Origin: a virus
Lineage: Duplodnaviria > Caudoviricetes
Length of the DNA stretch: 64,000 nt
Virus record (IMG/VR): IMGVR_UViG_3300031555_004349
Span: 1 to 64,000 of that record
Strand: one strand, 5' to 3'
Shown here: one piece after another, positions 39,474-49,003 of the stretch
How the letters are laid out: each line of letters opens with the position of its first letter
How positions within the stretch are numbered: the stretch's first letter is position 1
Made by a program: the position numbers and the translations under genes
Notes under the pieces: model-generated
Told to the model about the DNA's origin: nothing
Database searches by the model: none
Seen by the model: the letters and a program-made list of their open reading frames with translations, nothing else

Positions 39474-40529
39474 ATGGCTACAGGTCGTAGAATTAATTTA
39501 AAGGACAAAAAAGGAAATATAATTTATCCAAATATACACAATTTAATAACCATAGATTCAGCAACTGGTTCTTTTGATGCGCCAAAATTAACACAAAATG
39601 GTGTAGAAGTAATGACAAAAGAAGATAAAAGTGAAATTGACGCTCAAATTGCAAAAATTTATCCAGTTGGTGCCGTTTATATAAACGTAAGTGGTACAAA
39701 TCCATCAACTTTATTGGGTGGAACTTGGGAACAATTTGGACAAGGTAGAACATTAGTAGGTGTCAATACAGATGATACAGATTTTAAAACTCCATTATTA
39801 ACGGGTGGAGCAAAAACAGTAACTTTAGCAACTACACAAATACCTTCACACAATCACGGTTTTACAGGTTCTGCACATACACACAGTTTTAGTGCAACTT
39901 CTGGTAATAATAGCGTAGGACATACTCATAGTGTTCCAGCTCATGCACATGGTTTGAATAATCACACCCACTGGTTTGGAGTTACCTCTGGCGGACAAAG
40001 TCAAGGACATACTCACTGGGTGGCTCAAACAACTGGAACCGTAAGCGCAGACCATACTCACTCTGGTACAACAAGTGAAAATGGTGCACATACGCACAGT
40101 ATTCGTTGGAAAGCTTACTCAGGCTTGAGTGCAAGTAGCGGTGGTTATGTATTATTAAGAAGAAACTCTACCGATGATGCTTATGATGGTACAGATGGAA
40201 ACTCTGCTATTTCAAATGGTGCACATACTCATACAATGACAACTGGAGGTATAAGTGCAAATCACACTCACTGGTTCGGAGTTACTTCTGGTGGCAATAG
40301 TGTAGACCATACTCACTGGTCTGAAGGTTGGACAGGAGGAAATACTGGAAGTACAGCCAATTCAGCTGCTCTTACTTCAGGTGGAATTAGTGCTAATCAC
40401 ACTCACTCTGTATCTGGGACAACTGGTGAAACCACTCAAGGTGGTTCAATTGGTAATACAGGCGGTGGTGGAGCACATAGTAATGTTCAGCCATATATAA
40501 CAGTATATTTTTGGAGAAGAACTGCATAA
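39474..40529 (+). CDS. Baseplate/short tail fibre protein with HxH repeats
   Basis: IYPVGAVY...NPSTLLGGTWEQ...GRTLVGV and C-terminal VQPYITVYFWRRTA flanking many HTH/HSH repeats. Confidence 0.75.
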   Translation: MATGRRINLKDKKGNIIYPNIHNLITIDSATGSFDAPKLTQNGVEVMTKEDKSEIDAQIAKIYPVGAVYINVSGTNPSTLLGGTWEQFGQGRTLVGVNTDDTDFKTPLLTGGAKTVTLATTQIPSHNHGFTGSAHTHSFSATSGNNSVGHTHSVPAHAHGLNNHTHWFGVTSGGQSQGHTHWVAQTTGTVSADHTHSGTTSENGAHTHSIRWKAYSGLSASSGGYVLLRRNSTDDAYDGTDGNSAISNGAHTHTMTTGGISANHTHWFGVTSGGNSVDHTHWSEGWTGGNTGSTANSAALTSGGISANHTHSVSGTTGETTQGGSIGNTGGGGAHSNVQPYITVYFWRRTA

Positions 40530-40609
40530 TAAATTTAGATATTTACTTTATAAAAAGTACATTATAAATTAGAAGAGAAATCTTCAAACTCTATAAAAGG
40601 AGGAAAACA

Positions 40610-40756
40610 ATGAAAGAAGAAAAGCAATTAGAAATTGGACAATTAGTAGATGAAATGACAGAAGAAGAAAGAAAAGCTTTTAGAATGTCAATCAATCCTG
40701 ACGAAATGGGATTTGATGGTATGGAGGGAATGGAAGAAGATGAAGACAATCAATAG
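40610..40756 (+). CDS. Small acidic protein (48 aa) overlapping the endolysin start
   Basis: AAAAGGAGG RBS; MKEEKQLEIGQLVDEMTEEERKAFRMSINPDEMGFDGMEGMEEDEDNQ*; not in the ORF track. Confidence 0.65.
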   Translation: MKEEKQLEIGQLVDEMTEEERKAFRMSINPDEMGFDGMEGMEEDEDNQ

Positions 40757-41882
40757 AAAAATATCTTTAATCAACTTCACAGACTCTAATCGTGCCGCAA
40801 GCAAAATAGAATTTATAGTTTGGCATTATGTTGGTGGTACTTCAACTGCTAAAAATAATGCAGATTACTTCTATAATAGATATTGTGGCGCAAGTGCTCA
40901 CTACTTTGTAGATTCAAAAGAAATCTGGCAAGTTGTTGAAGATAACGATGCTGCTTGGCATTGTGGAACAAAAAATGGATATAAACATCCAAAATGCAGA
41001 AACTCAAATTCAATTGGAATTGAGATTTGCTGTAAAAAAGATATCAATGGAAATTGGTATTTCGAAGAAGAAACTTTAAAAAATGCAATTGAACTTGGAC
41101 AATATTTAATGGAAAAATATCCACAATTAAAAGATGAAAGTAGACATATTAGACATTATGATGTTACTGGTAAAATATGTCCAGCACCTTTTGTAAAACA
41201 TCCTGAGTTATGGGAAGACTTCAAAAATGATTTATTTAAAAAAGAAGAAGTAAAAACAGAACCTACTGTTTATGCAGAAACTAAAACAGAATATTTGGTA
41301 GAAGTTACAGCTTCTTGTTTAAATGTAAGAAAAGAACCTTCTTTAAACGCAGATATTAAAGAACAAATAACTTCAAAAGGTCCTTTTACAATCGTTGGAG
41401 AAGTTAAAAATAGTGAAGATGGTATTACTTGGGGTAGATTAAGGTCTGGCGCAGGTTGGATAAGTTTAGCTTATACTAGAAAACTTGCAGAAGAAGATAA
41501 AACTACAGCAGTAAATAAAACAATGGAAGTTACTGCAAAAGTAGGGCTTAACGTAAGAAAAACTCCAGGTGGAACAAAAGTTGGAGCATTAGCTTATGGT
41601 TCAATTGTAACTGTCACAGAAGAAAAAAATGGTTGGTCAAAAATCGGAGAAAATAAATGGGTTTCTAGTCAATATTTAAAGGCAACAACAAAGACCATAT
41701 CAACAAAATTAGAAAAAGGGGATATAGTTAAAATAAAATCTAGCGCGAAGAAATATGCAACTGGACAAAAAATTCCATCAAAATATAAAAATCAATCTTA
41801 CACAATCGCGCAAAAAGATACTAAAAAGTCTTTATTAAAAGAAATCGTAAGTTGGGTTAACGACGTAGACTTAACTAAATAG
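40740..41882 (+). CDS. Endolysin: N-acetylmuramoyl-L-alanine amidase with SH3b-type cell-wall binding domains
   Basis: IVWHY...ASAHYFVD...AWHCG...NSIGIE...RHYDVTGKICP amidase_2 motifs; LNVRK...W repeats. Confidence 0.9.
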   Translation: MKTINRKISLINFTDSNRAASKIEFIVWHYVGGTSTAKNNADYFYNRYCGASAHYFVDSKEIWQVVEDNDAAWHCGTKNGYKHPKCRNSNSIGIEICCKKDINGNWYFEEETLKNAIELGQYLMEKYPQLKDESRHIRHYDVTGKICPAPFVKHPELWEDFKNDLFKKEEVKTEPTVYAETKTEYLVEVTASCLNVRKEPSLNADIKEQITSKGPFTIVGEVKNSEDGITWGRLRSGAGWISLAYTRKLAEEDKTTAVNKTMEVTAKVGLNVRKTPGGTKVGALAYGSIVTVTEEKNGWSKIGENKWVSSQYLKATTKTISTKLEKGDIVKIKSSAKKYATGQKIPSKYKNQSYTIAQKDTKKSLLKEIVSWVNDVDLTK

Positions 41883-41893
41883 GAGGAAATTAA

Positions 41894-42286
41894 ATGGATA
41901 TTATTGATTTAATATTTACTTATGTTCCATTAGATTATGTATTAATAATCGGTGGATTAATAGTAGTAGGAGAAATGTTAAAAAAATTCACTACATTACC
42001 TAACTACTTTTTAACAACAGCTTTACCTATATTAGGTGCTATCTTAACAGGCGCTATTTATTTATCAGGTAATGAGATTGTTCTTGCAGCTGATTTAATT
42101 AAACAAATTTGTATCGGTTTACTTATGGGATGGGCTGCTACAGGTGGATACGAATGGTTTAGAAATACATTTTTAACAACAAAGGAGGAGAAAAAAGTAA
42201 TTGCTATCGAATCTATTACAAAAAGTAAAGAAAGCAATGAAGTACCTAACGAAGCAACAGAAGAAAATTCTGAAATTGAAGAATAA
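41894..42286 (+). CDS. Holin
   Basis: Three hydrophobic segments and a charged C-terminus, after the endolysin. Confidence 0.75.
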   Translation: MDIIDLIFTYVPLDYVLIIGGLIVVGEMLKKFTTLPNYFLTTALPILGAILTGAIYLSGNEIVLAADLIKQICIGLLMGWAATGGYEWFRNTFLTTKEEKKVIAIESITKSKESNEVPNEATEENSEIEE

Positions 42287-42325
42287 AACGAAAAAACAGT
42301 TAAAGAAAATAATTGATAAAATTTA

Positions 42326-42358
42326 AAGGGAAGTCTTAATTGACTTCCCTTATTTTTT
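42326..42358. terminator. Terminator between convergent late and replication operons
   Basis: AAGGGAAGTC-ttaatt-GACTTCCCTT with flanking T/A runs. Confidence 0.8.
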
Positions 42359-42749
42359 ATTCTTGTGAATCATCTAAAATAATTGGTAATAATGCTTCAA
42401 TTGTTTGAATAGAAACATTAACTTGATTTAAAGCACTTAATGGAATTTCTTTTATTGGTAATTCTATATCTGTATCAAATAATTTTTTAATTTCTTCATT
42501 GAAATAAACTATTTTGCTATCTTCAATTTTAATCATTCCATTTTCTTGTGTATCTATACTTCCATCTTCCTTTTTAGCTGCACATTGCATTATTAAATTT
42601 TGTCTTGCTTCATCTATTGAAGTAGCTTCTTCTTTAATAATTTTTGTGTTTTTTGCAATGTGGAAAGCTGTAGGCATAGGAATTGCTTCTTTTGATAAAG
42701 CATTAATAGCTTCAAACATTCCATATATTTCTTGAGCTTTTAATTTCAT
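42357..42749 (-). CDS. Hypothetical phage protein
   Basis: GGAGG RBS; 130-aa ORF. Confidence 0.7.
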   Translation of the reverse strand: MKLKAQEIYGMFEAINALSKEAIPMPTAFHIAKNTKIIKEEATSIDEARQNLIMQCAAKKEDGSIDTQENGMIKIEDSKIVYFNEEIKKLFDTDIELPIKEIPLSALNQVNVSIQTIEALLPIILDDSQE

Positions 42750-42760
42750 CTAAATTCCTC

Positions 42761-43504
42761 CTAAACAAAATTTATCATTTCATTATTTTTTATATGCTTT
42801 TCAACCATATATGTTCCGATACAAATTGCATCTGCCTCGTCTTGAGTAACATTCTTTTCATATTTTGTTTGAACATATAATTGAGCGGCTCTTTTTTGGT
42901 CTGCTCTCGATTTCGCAGTTATTTTACAATGAGCGCGCCAAGTGGCTGTATGAATTATTGAATGAGTTATATTTTTTTCAAAACAAGTTACTGCTAAAAC
43001 TCCCTGTAATTGCGCAAGAACCTTATAAGTTGTCACCGCGCCTTCCGTTGCACCATTTTTACCAGTAAATTTCTGTAATTGAATATCTTCCAATGCAATT
43101 CTATCTGGTTTCCAAGTTTCAATTATATTTAATAACCATCCTCTAATTTTACTCATTCTTTCAAAAGCATCACTTTGTGTGAAAGTAATTTTTCCATAAG
43201 CGACCAATTCTTTATTATCAAAAATACACCAACCAGTTGTATTTGTGGCTTGGTCTAATGCTAAAATTCTACTAACTCCTTTTGACTTAGGTTTAATTTC
43301 AGTAGAACCATAAACTTTCTCAGCTTCTGCGCAAGAAGGACAGGAAAAATTTTCTCTTAACTTTTTCCACGAAGTATAAACAATATGACCTTCTGGACAA
43401 GCAAATTCCATTTCGGTATTTAAGTTTTTATATTCTTTTGATAAAAGAGTCCAGCCATGAAAAGCTACTGAATCTTTTACGTCTTGATATTTTATTGTTC
43501 CCAT
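42761..43504 (-). CDS. RuvC-like Holliday junction resolvase with N-terminal zinc ribbon
   Basis: ILALDQAT, IALEDI and DEADAICIG RuvC motifs; CPEGH...CPSC. Confidence 0.8.
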   Translation of the reverse strand: MGTIKYQDVKDSVAFHGWTLLSKEYKNLNTEMEFACPEGHIVYTSWKKLRENFSCPSCAEAEKVYGSTEIKPKSKGVSRILALDQATNTTGWCIFDNKELVAYGKITFTQSDAFERMSKIRGWLLNIIETWKPDRIALEDIQLQKFTGKNGATEGAVTTYKVLAQLQGVLAVTCFEKNITHSIIHTATWRAHCKITAKSRADQKRAAQLYVQTKYEKNVTQDEADAICIGTYMVEKHIKNNEMINFV

Positions 43505-43505
43505 T

Positions 43506-44171
43506 TTACATCACCGTTAATTTGGCATATTTATCAATTGGAAAATCTGTATCATATTGAACATCTTTAAAAATTTCAGGCATTTCTTCTTTAAATTTTA
43601 ATAATAAAGGTATTAACACTTGTCTAATTGCTGGATGTGCCATCTTCGCGCATCTTAATTCCAATATATGTTTCCATTCTCTTATATTGGCTGTCATTGT
43701 AACTTCCGCAGCGGTTGAATGGGGTAATATCATTCTCATTTGGTCAGGTGTTGCGCCATTATTAGACATATGTATATAGTTCATTTCAACTCTATTCATT
43801 GTGTGTTCCCAAAATGCATATAGGTCTGAATCTTCATCTATATTACAAGGTTTAATAAATTTTATTTCATTTTCAAATTTATCTTTTCCATAATTACAAT
43901 ATCTTGTGCTTTCAATTGAAAAACTTCCAAATCTATGTCTCGTTAAATCTTTATATACTCCTACATCAACACACATGCGGATTGTTATCTTTTCATGTTC
44001 TAATACACTTTCATGCCCTCTATTAATACAATTTTTTAATAAAGTTTTATAGCTATCTTCTGTAATTAATCCCTCTGAGCGATAACAGGTTCTACACGCG
44101 CGTTCAATATTTTTCATTATTTTCTTACCGTCAAAATTTTCTACCTCTATCCAAGGTTCAATAATTTTCAT
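43506..44171 (-). CDS. thyX: FAD-dependent thymidylate synthase
   Basis: GHESVLEH and RHRFGSFSIESTRY ThyX motif. Confidence 0.93.
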   Translation of the reverse strand: MKIIEPWIEVENFDGKKIMKNIERACRTCYRSEGLITEDSYKTLLKNCINRGHESVLEHEKITIRMCVDVGVYKDLTRHRFGSFSIESTRYCNYGKDKFENEIKFIKPCNIDEDSDLYAFWEHTMNRVEMNYIHMSNNGATPDQMRMILPHSTAAEVTMTANIREWKHILELRCAKMAHPAIRQVLIPLLLKFKEEMPEIFKDVQYDTDFPIDKYAKLTVM

Positions 44172-44197
44172 TTATTATCCTCCAGTATATATTAAAA

Positions 44198-44956
44198 TTA
44201 CTTTCCTGTACTTCCGTAACCGCCATTACGATTTGTACCAGCAATTTTAGTTATATCTTCAACCTGATTGAAAATTCCTTTTGGTACAACTGCTAAAACT
44301 CCTTGTGCAATTCTGTCACCTTTTTTAAATTCTAAATCTGTATCTCCAATATTGTCACAAATAATTCCAATTTCGTTACAATAACCACAATCAATTGTTC
44401 CAGGAGCATTTGCTATCCTTAAAGTTGTTTTAACTGAATTACCACTTCTTGGTCTAATTTGTAATTCATAACCTTCAGGGATAACCATTTTTATTCCTGT
44501 TGGCGCGATTTTTCCGTATTCATGCGCTTTGATTATAAAGTCTTCTGGTAAATAAAAATCAAAACCTGCGTCGTGATTATGAGCATAAGTTGGTAATTGT
44601 GCATCTGGTTTGCATAGTTCTACTGCAATAGTAACTATATCTCTCATTCCAGTTTCAAGAATTTTATCATAAATTCCCATTGTTATTTCAACAACTTTAT
44701 TTAATAATTGTATTTTAGTTTCACTAAATTCTTCATTTTTTTTCATTGCTTCAACAACACTATATAAAGATTCTTTATCGTTTTGTATATCAATTGTAGT
44801 CATTCCTGTTGCTTTCATAGTGTGTCTTGTTTCATTGATTAATTCTTGATTGTTAAGCATCCCTTCAAAAAGATTATCAAAAGAATCCTTTAATTCTTCT
44901 ATTTTTGTATCGTCCATGCTTGCAATTCTATTAATTAACTCATAAAAAGCTTCCAT
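44198..44956 (-). CDS. dut: dUTPase (trimeric type) with ~105-aa N-terminal extension
   Basis: AGFDF, QIRPRSG, GTIDCGY, GDRIAQ, RNGGYGSTG motifs. Confidence 0.9.
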   Translation of the reverse strand: MEAFYELINRIASMDDTKIEELKDSFDNLFEGMLNNQELINETRHTMKATGMTTIDIQNDKESLYSVVEAMKKNEEFSETKIQLLNKVVEITMGIYDKILETGMRDIVTIAVELCKPDAQLPTYAHNHDAGFDFYLPEDFIIKAHEYGKIAPTGIKMVIPEGYELQIRPRSGNSVKTTLRIANAPGTIDCGYCNEIGIICDNIGDTDLEFKKGDRIAQGVLAVVPKGIFNQVEDITKIAGTNRNGGYGSTGK

Positions 44957-45189
44957 TATTCTTTATCCTCCTTTGTCTCATCATCGAAATCTGCTCTAGC
45001 TTCGTTATAGGCTTTTGCATTTTCTAAGATTTTTTGTAAGAATAAATTTCTACTATCTATTTTATCTTGAGCCATTTTATCAGAAATTTGTCTTGCTCTT
45101 TCCAATGCAAGTTCATTTTTTTCTTTTGGTGTTAATTTTCTTCTTTTGTTTTTAAAAAAAGAAAAAATAGATTTAATATCTTTACTCAT
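44956..45189 (-). CDS. Hypothetical protein
   Basis: GGAGG RBS; stop overlaps the dut start. Confidence 0.65.
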   Translation of the reverse strand: MSKDIKSIFSFFKNKRRKLTPKEKNELALERARQISDKMAQDKIDSRNLFLQKILENAKAYNEARADFDDETKEDKE

Positions 45190-45198
45190 GAAAACCTC

Positions 45199-45516
45199 CT
45201 ATTTGTCTTGTATATCAGCATTATTTAGTAATCTTTTAAATTCATTTCTTTTTAACAATTTTTTAGCTATTGCCATTGCCAATCCTTTTTCTTTATCGAA
45301 ATCTTCTTCTGAACATTTTACAACAGTTCTTGTTTTATCATCCCATATAACTATTGTATGTTCTTTTTGAAAAATAACTTTTTCAACATTTGGTATTATA
45401 TTAATAGTTTGGACAGGTTGATTTCCTGTTAAAGAACAAATTGACATTTCATCTGGTTGATGAATGAAAGTTAATCCACTTATTGCAGAAGATGATGTTG
45501 TTGTTAATACTCCCAT
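45199..45516 (-). CDS. Hypothetical phage protein
   Basis: AGGAGG RBS; EKVIF...TIVIWDD.TRTVVKC...FDKEKGLAMAIAKK. Confidence 0.7.
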   Translation of the reverse strand: MGVLTTTSSSAISGLTFIHQPDEMSICSLTGNQPVQTINIIPNVEKVIFQKEHTIVIWDDKTRTVVKCSEEDFDKEKGLAMAIAKKLLKRNEFKRLLNNADIQDK

Positions 45517-45543
45517 TGATATTCCTCCTTTTAACTCTTATTT

Positions 45544-45581
45544 TATAATATAATTATAACATAATTTCCAATTAAAATCAA
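45544..45581 (-). promoter_or_regulatory. Promoter with conserved 18-bp core (copy 1)
   Basis: TTGATT-17-TATAAT containing TGTTATAATTATATTATA. Confidence 0.75.
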
Positions 45582-45584
45582 TTA

Positions 45585-46088
45585 TTATATATCTTTTAAA
45601 ATCATTGTTTGAAAATATTGTGAAGCTCTTATATCTATTATTCTTTGATTTGATGAACCTCTAAAAGCTAAGCTTAAATCTTTTTGTTCTTCTATAAAAG
45701 GCCCATCTACTAAAACATCTACTAAATTTATAATGTTCGCGCGAAGTGGGTCATTTACTAAAAACTCTGCTTTGTAGCCTGTCCATAGCCAAATTGTTTT
45801 ATCATAGTCAAATTTTTTTCTAAAAGCTGTAATTAAATCATAAATTCCATTTAGATTACAATTTTCAAGTGGGTCGCCACCTAATAAACTTAAACCTTCA
45901 CATTTATCATCTATACTATTTAAAATTTCTTCAATTGTTTCTTTTGTAAATTCTTGACCAAAGTTTGGGTCCCAGGCTTCTGAATTAAAACATCCTGGAC
46001 ATTGTCTGCTGCAGCCGCTAACAAATAACGATACTCTAACTCCTGGTCCATTTGCAAAGTCTCTTTTAATGATTTTGCTGTAATGCAT
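45585..46088 (-). CDS. nrdG: Anaerobic ribonucleotide reductase activase
   Basis: NGPGVRVSLFVSGCSRQCPGCFN radical-SAM motif; FRGSSNQR. Confidence 0.93.
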   Translation of the reverse strand: MHYSKIIKRDFANGPGVRVSLFVSGCSRQCPGCFNSEAWDPNFGQEFTKETIEEILNSIDDKCEGLSLLGGDPLENCNLNGIYDLITAFRKKFDYDKTIWLWTGYKAEFLVNDPLRANIINLVDVLVDGPFIEEQKDLSLAFRGSSNQRIIDIRASQYFQTMILKDI

Positions 46089-46326
46089 TTTTTATTACCT
46101 CCGTAGTAAAAACTCTTATTTCAGGCTCTCTTTTTGTCAATTGATTTATTAAAAAATCAGGTGTAATAATCCATTTTTTGTCAGGGAGAATAAATGTTTC
46201 ACTTATCTCCCTGAATCTACAGCTTGTATGTTTTTTATATCTTTCTTTTAATAATTTTATAATTTCTTCTTTTTCTTCATTTGTTTTATAACTAATCATA
46301 TTAATTTGCAATTTATCACCTAACAC
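46066..46326 (-). CDS. Hypothetical protein between nrdD and nrdG
   Basis: ORF overlapping both neighbours; likely TTG start at 46311 after AGGTG. Confidence 0.55.
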   Translation of the reverse strand: MLGDKLQINMISYKTNEEKEEIIKLLKERYKKHTSCRFREISETFILPDKKWIITPDFLINQLTKREPEIRVFTTEVIKNALQQNH

Positions 46327-48533
46327 TCGCTATGTTTCACTCTCATTTCTACTTCTTGTTGCTTTCCTTTATTGAAAGCTGTTTTATAATCTCCGGTCAA
46401 ATAACCAGTTACTCTTCTTAATCTTTGAATGTCAGTACTTCCGCACATTGGGCATTCATCGTTTAATTCTTCTGTATATCCACATTCCATGCAACAATCA
46501 TTTGGTACATTTAACGCAAAATAAGGAATATCTTTATCCATTGCATAATTTACTAAAGTTTCTAATCCTTCTAAGTTATGTTTAACTCCTGAGTCAAGTT
46601 CAACATAAGTTATGCAACCTGCGCTAGAATATCCTGTTAATTGAGACTCAATATCTATTTTTTCAAAAGGATTTACTTTTTCCCAAACTGGAACATGCAT
46701 ACTGTTTGTAAAATACTCTTTATCTGAAACTCTTTCTATTACACCATATTTATTTTTGAATTTTTGTAAAGCAGTATAACATAAGTTTTCAGCTGGAGTA
46801 TAATATACACCAAAATTTAATTTGTATTCCTGTTTAAATTCAGCACATTTATCTTTAAATAATTGTTCAATTCTTTTAGCTAATTCCATACCTTTTGGAT
46901 GAGTATGATTTTCTCCGATAAGAATTTCAAGTGTTTCGGCTAAACCTAATTGTCCTAAAGCTAATGTTCCATGTTTTAATGCGCTTCTAATTCCTTCTTC
47001 TGGAATATAACCTTCCATAGTACCATTTTCATACATAAATTTTGCAGAACCGGCATCTTGTGAACAAATATACTCAAATCTTTCAATTAACATATCTTTT
47101 GCTTCATGAATTTTGATATCTAAAATTTGCATAAACTTTTCAACTGGGTCAATGTAAATATCCGCGCCAGGAATAAAAGTTTCACTAATTTCTTTTGCTT
47201 GCATTGCAAGTGTAGGCATTATAATTGTAACTGGGCAAATATTGCCTCTACCATCTTTAGTTTGTCCAAAACCATTGATATCAAAACCATTAGCTGTTCT
47301 ACATCCCATTGTACTAAAATAAGTTTTTGGGTCTTTAGGGTCATATCCAGCATTTCCGCTCCAATCAATATTTGCATAATTAGGATATAATCTTAAAGAA
47401 GTAGATTTTAATGCTAATTGAAATAAGTCATAATTAGGGTCTCCTGGTTCACGATTAATTCCTTTTCCTAATTGAAAAATTCCACAAGGGAAAATGCTTG
47501 TTCTATGTAATCTTCCCAAACCGTCAATAGAAACATCTAATATTGCTCTTGTTACCATTCTACCTTCTGGTAAAGTACATGTTCCATAATTAATACTACT
47601 AAAAGGTAATTGATTTCCACTTCTTGATTGTAAAGTATTTAAGTTATGGTACATACCTTCCACCGCTTGATAAGTTTCTTTAGCTGTTTTTTCAACTGCA
47701 TACTTATAAGCTTTTGGATACATTGTATAACTATCATCATTAATAGAAACATCTTCTGCGCTCATTTGTGCAGGAATTTCTTTTTCTTCTATATATCTCA
47801 TTCCTTCATTGAAATGTTTTCTAAAAGATTTTCTAACATAAGGCACCATTGTCCAATCTAAGTGAGTAGCACTTACACCGCCGAATTGTTGTAAAGATTG
47901 AATTTGGAATATTACAGCTACTAATTGAAAAGCTGTATTAATTGATTGCGCAGGTCTAACATCTATTTGTCTTGTATTAAAACCTGTTTTTAATAGTTTA
48001 TCGAATGGTACACTTAAACAATTATGATTTCCAACGGCGTATGCACTTAAGTCGTGAATATAAATTTCATTATTTAAATGATTATTTTTTGATTTTTCGC
48101 TCATACAAAATTCTAATGCATATTCTTTCATTACTAAATCAGATGCAGAGCCAATTCTTCCACCAAATGAATGTTCATCCATATTAGCATTTTGATTTTC
48201 AACATTACTACAACTAATTTTATCAGTAATCGCGCTCATTAAAGTTTTATATTTATCTCTTGCTAAGCCATGTAAATAACGATATCTAATATAAGCTTGA
48301 GCCACATCTTTTCTGCTGCTTTTCATTAATTTATCTTCTACTATGTCTTGAATTTCTTCAACATTAATTTTTTTCTTTTTTAATTGTTTTATATATTCGC
48401 TAATTTTCTTAGCAATATTTTGTGCATCAACTGTAATCTCTTTATCTACATCATTGAAAGCTGCTAAAATCGCGCGTATAACTTTACTATCGTCATACTC
48501 AGCTATTTCTCCATTTCTTTTTATAACTTCCAT
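46320..48533 (-). CDS. nrdD: Anaerobic ribonucleoside-triphosphate reductase (class III)
   Basis: N-terminal ATP cone (VIKRNG), YIHDL, MGCRT, CxxC...CxxC, glycyl-radical RRVTGYL. Confidence 0.95.
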   Translation of the reverse strand: MEVIKRNGEIAEYDDSKVIRAILAAFNDVDKEITVDAQNIAKKISEYIKQLKKKKINVEEIQDIVEDKLMKSSRKDVAQAYIRYRYLHGLARDKYKTLMSAITDKISCSNVENQNANMDEHSFGGRIGSASDLVMKEYALEFCMSEKSKNNHLNNEIYIHDLSAYAVGNHNCLSVPFDKLLKTGFNTRQIDVRPAQSINTAFQLVAVIFQIQSLQQFGGVSATHLDWTMVPYVRKSFRKHFNEGMRYIEEKEIPAQMSAEDVSINDDSYTMYPKAYKYAVEKTAKETYQAVEGMYHNLNTLQSRSGNQLPFSSINYGTCTLPEGRMVTRAILDVSIDGLGRLHRTSIFPCGIFQLGKGINREPGDPNYDLFQLALKSTSLRLYPNYANIDWSGNAGYDPKDPKTYFSTMGCRTANGFDINGFGQTKDGRGNICPVTIIMPTLAMQAKEISETFIPGADIYIDPVEKFMQILDIKIHEAKDMLIERFEYICSQDAGSAKFMYENGTMEGYIPEEGIRSALKHGTLALGQLGLAETLEILIGENHTHPKGMELAKRIEQLFKDKCAEFKQEYKLNFGVYYTPAENLCYTALQKFKNKYGVIERVSDKEYFTNSMHVPVWEKVNPFEKIDIESQLTGYSSAGCITYVELDSGVKHNLEGLETLVNYAMDKDIPYFALNVPNDCCMECGYTEELNDECPMCGSTDIQRLRRVTGYLTGDYKTAFNKGKQQEVEMRVKHSEC

Positions 48534-48545
48534 TTAAATCCTCCC

Positions 48546-48779
48546 CTATCTGATTGTTTCTATTTGTTTGCCACAATAAGCACATTTACCATTTGGATTA
48601 ATAGTTAAATGCTTACATTGATTTTGGAAAGTAACAATCTTTTTATTTAATTCATCAATTTTTGGATTGTGAATAAATTCACCAACACATTTCATTACTT
48701 CTTCTTTTTTCTCTTCTGTTAATGTCTTAATTGCTGCTTGACAAAAATCACATAATTCTTTATCTGTCATATTTTCCAT
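48546..48779 (-). CDS. Small Cys/His protein
   Basis: CKH...CAYCG; GGAGG RBS. Confidence 0.65.
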   Translation of the reverse strand: MENMTDKELCDFCQAAIKTLTEEKKEEVMKCVGEFIHNPKIDELNKKIVTFQNQCKHLTINPNGKCAYCGKQIETIR

Positions 48780-48788
48780 AATAACCTC

Positions 48789-49001
48789 CTAAAATTCTTT
48801 TCCGCAAATCGCGCATTTTCTTCTTCCATTTTTTACAATATAAGTGGCATCTGTATCATTTTCCCACATATGTCTACACTTGCCTTGTGCAAGTTTTCGA
48901 CTTTGATAAGGGTTTATAAAATCTGTTTCTTCTCCGAATGAATGTTTTGTAGGCAATGATTGTAAGGAATGCTCCACTATGTTCCAATCTTTTTCAAACA
49001 T
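48789..49001 (-). CDS. Small Cys/His protein
   Basis: CRH...CAICG; GGAGG RBS. Confidence 0.65.
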   Translation of the reverse strand: MFEKDWNIVEHSLQSLPTKHSFGEETDFINPYQSRKLAQGKCRHMWENDTDATYIVKNGRRKCAICGKEF

Positions 49002-49003
49002 TT

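Noticed and set aside
35422-40529. Diversity-generating retroelement target in the fibre genes
   Set aside because: No reverse transcriptase in the window and no template/variable repeat pair differing only at adenines
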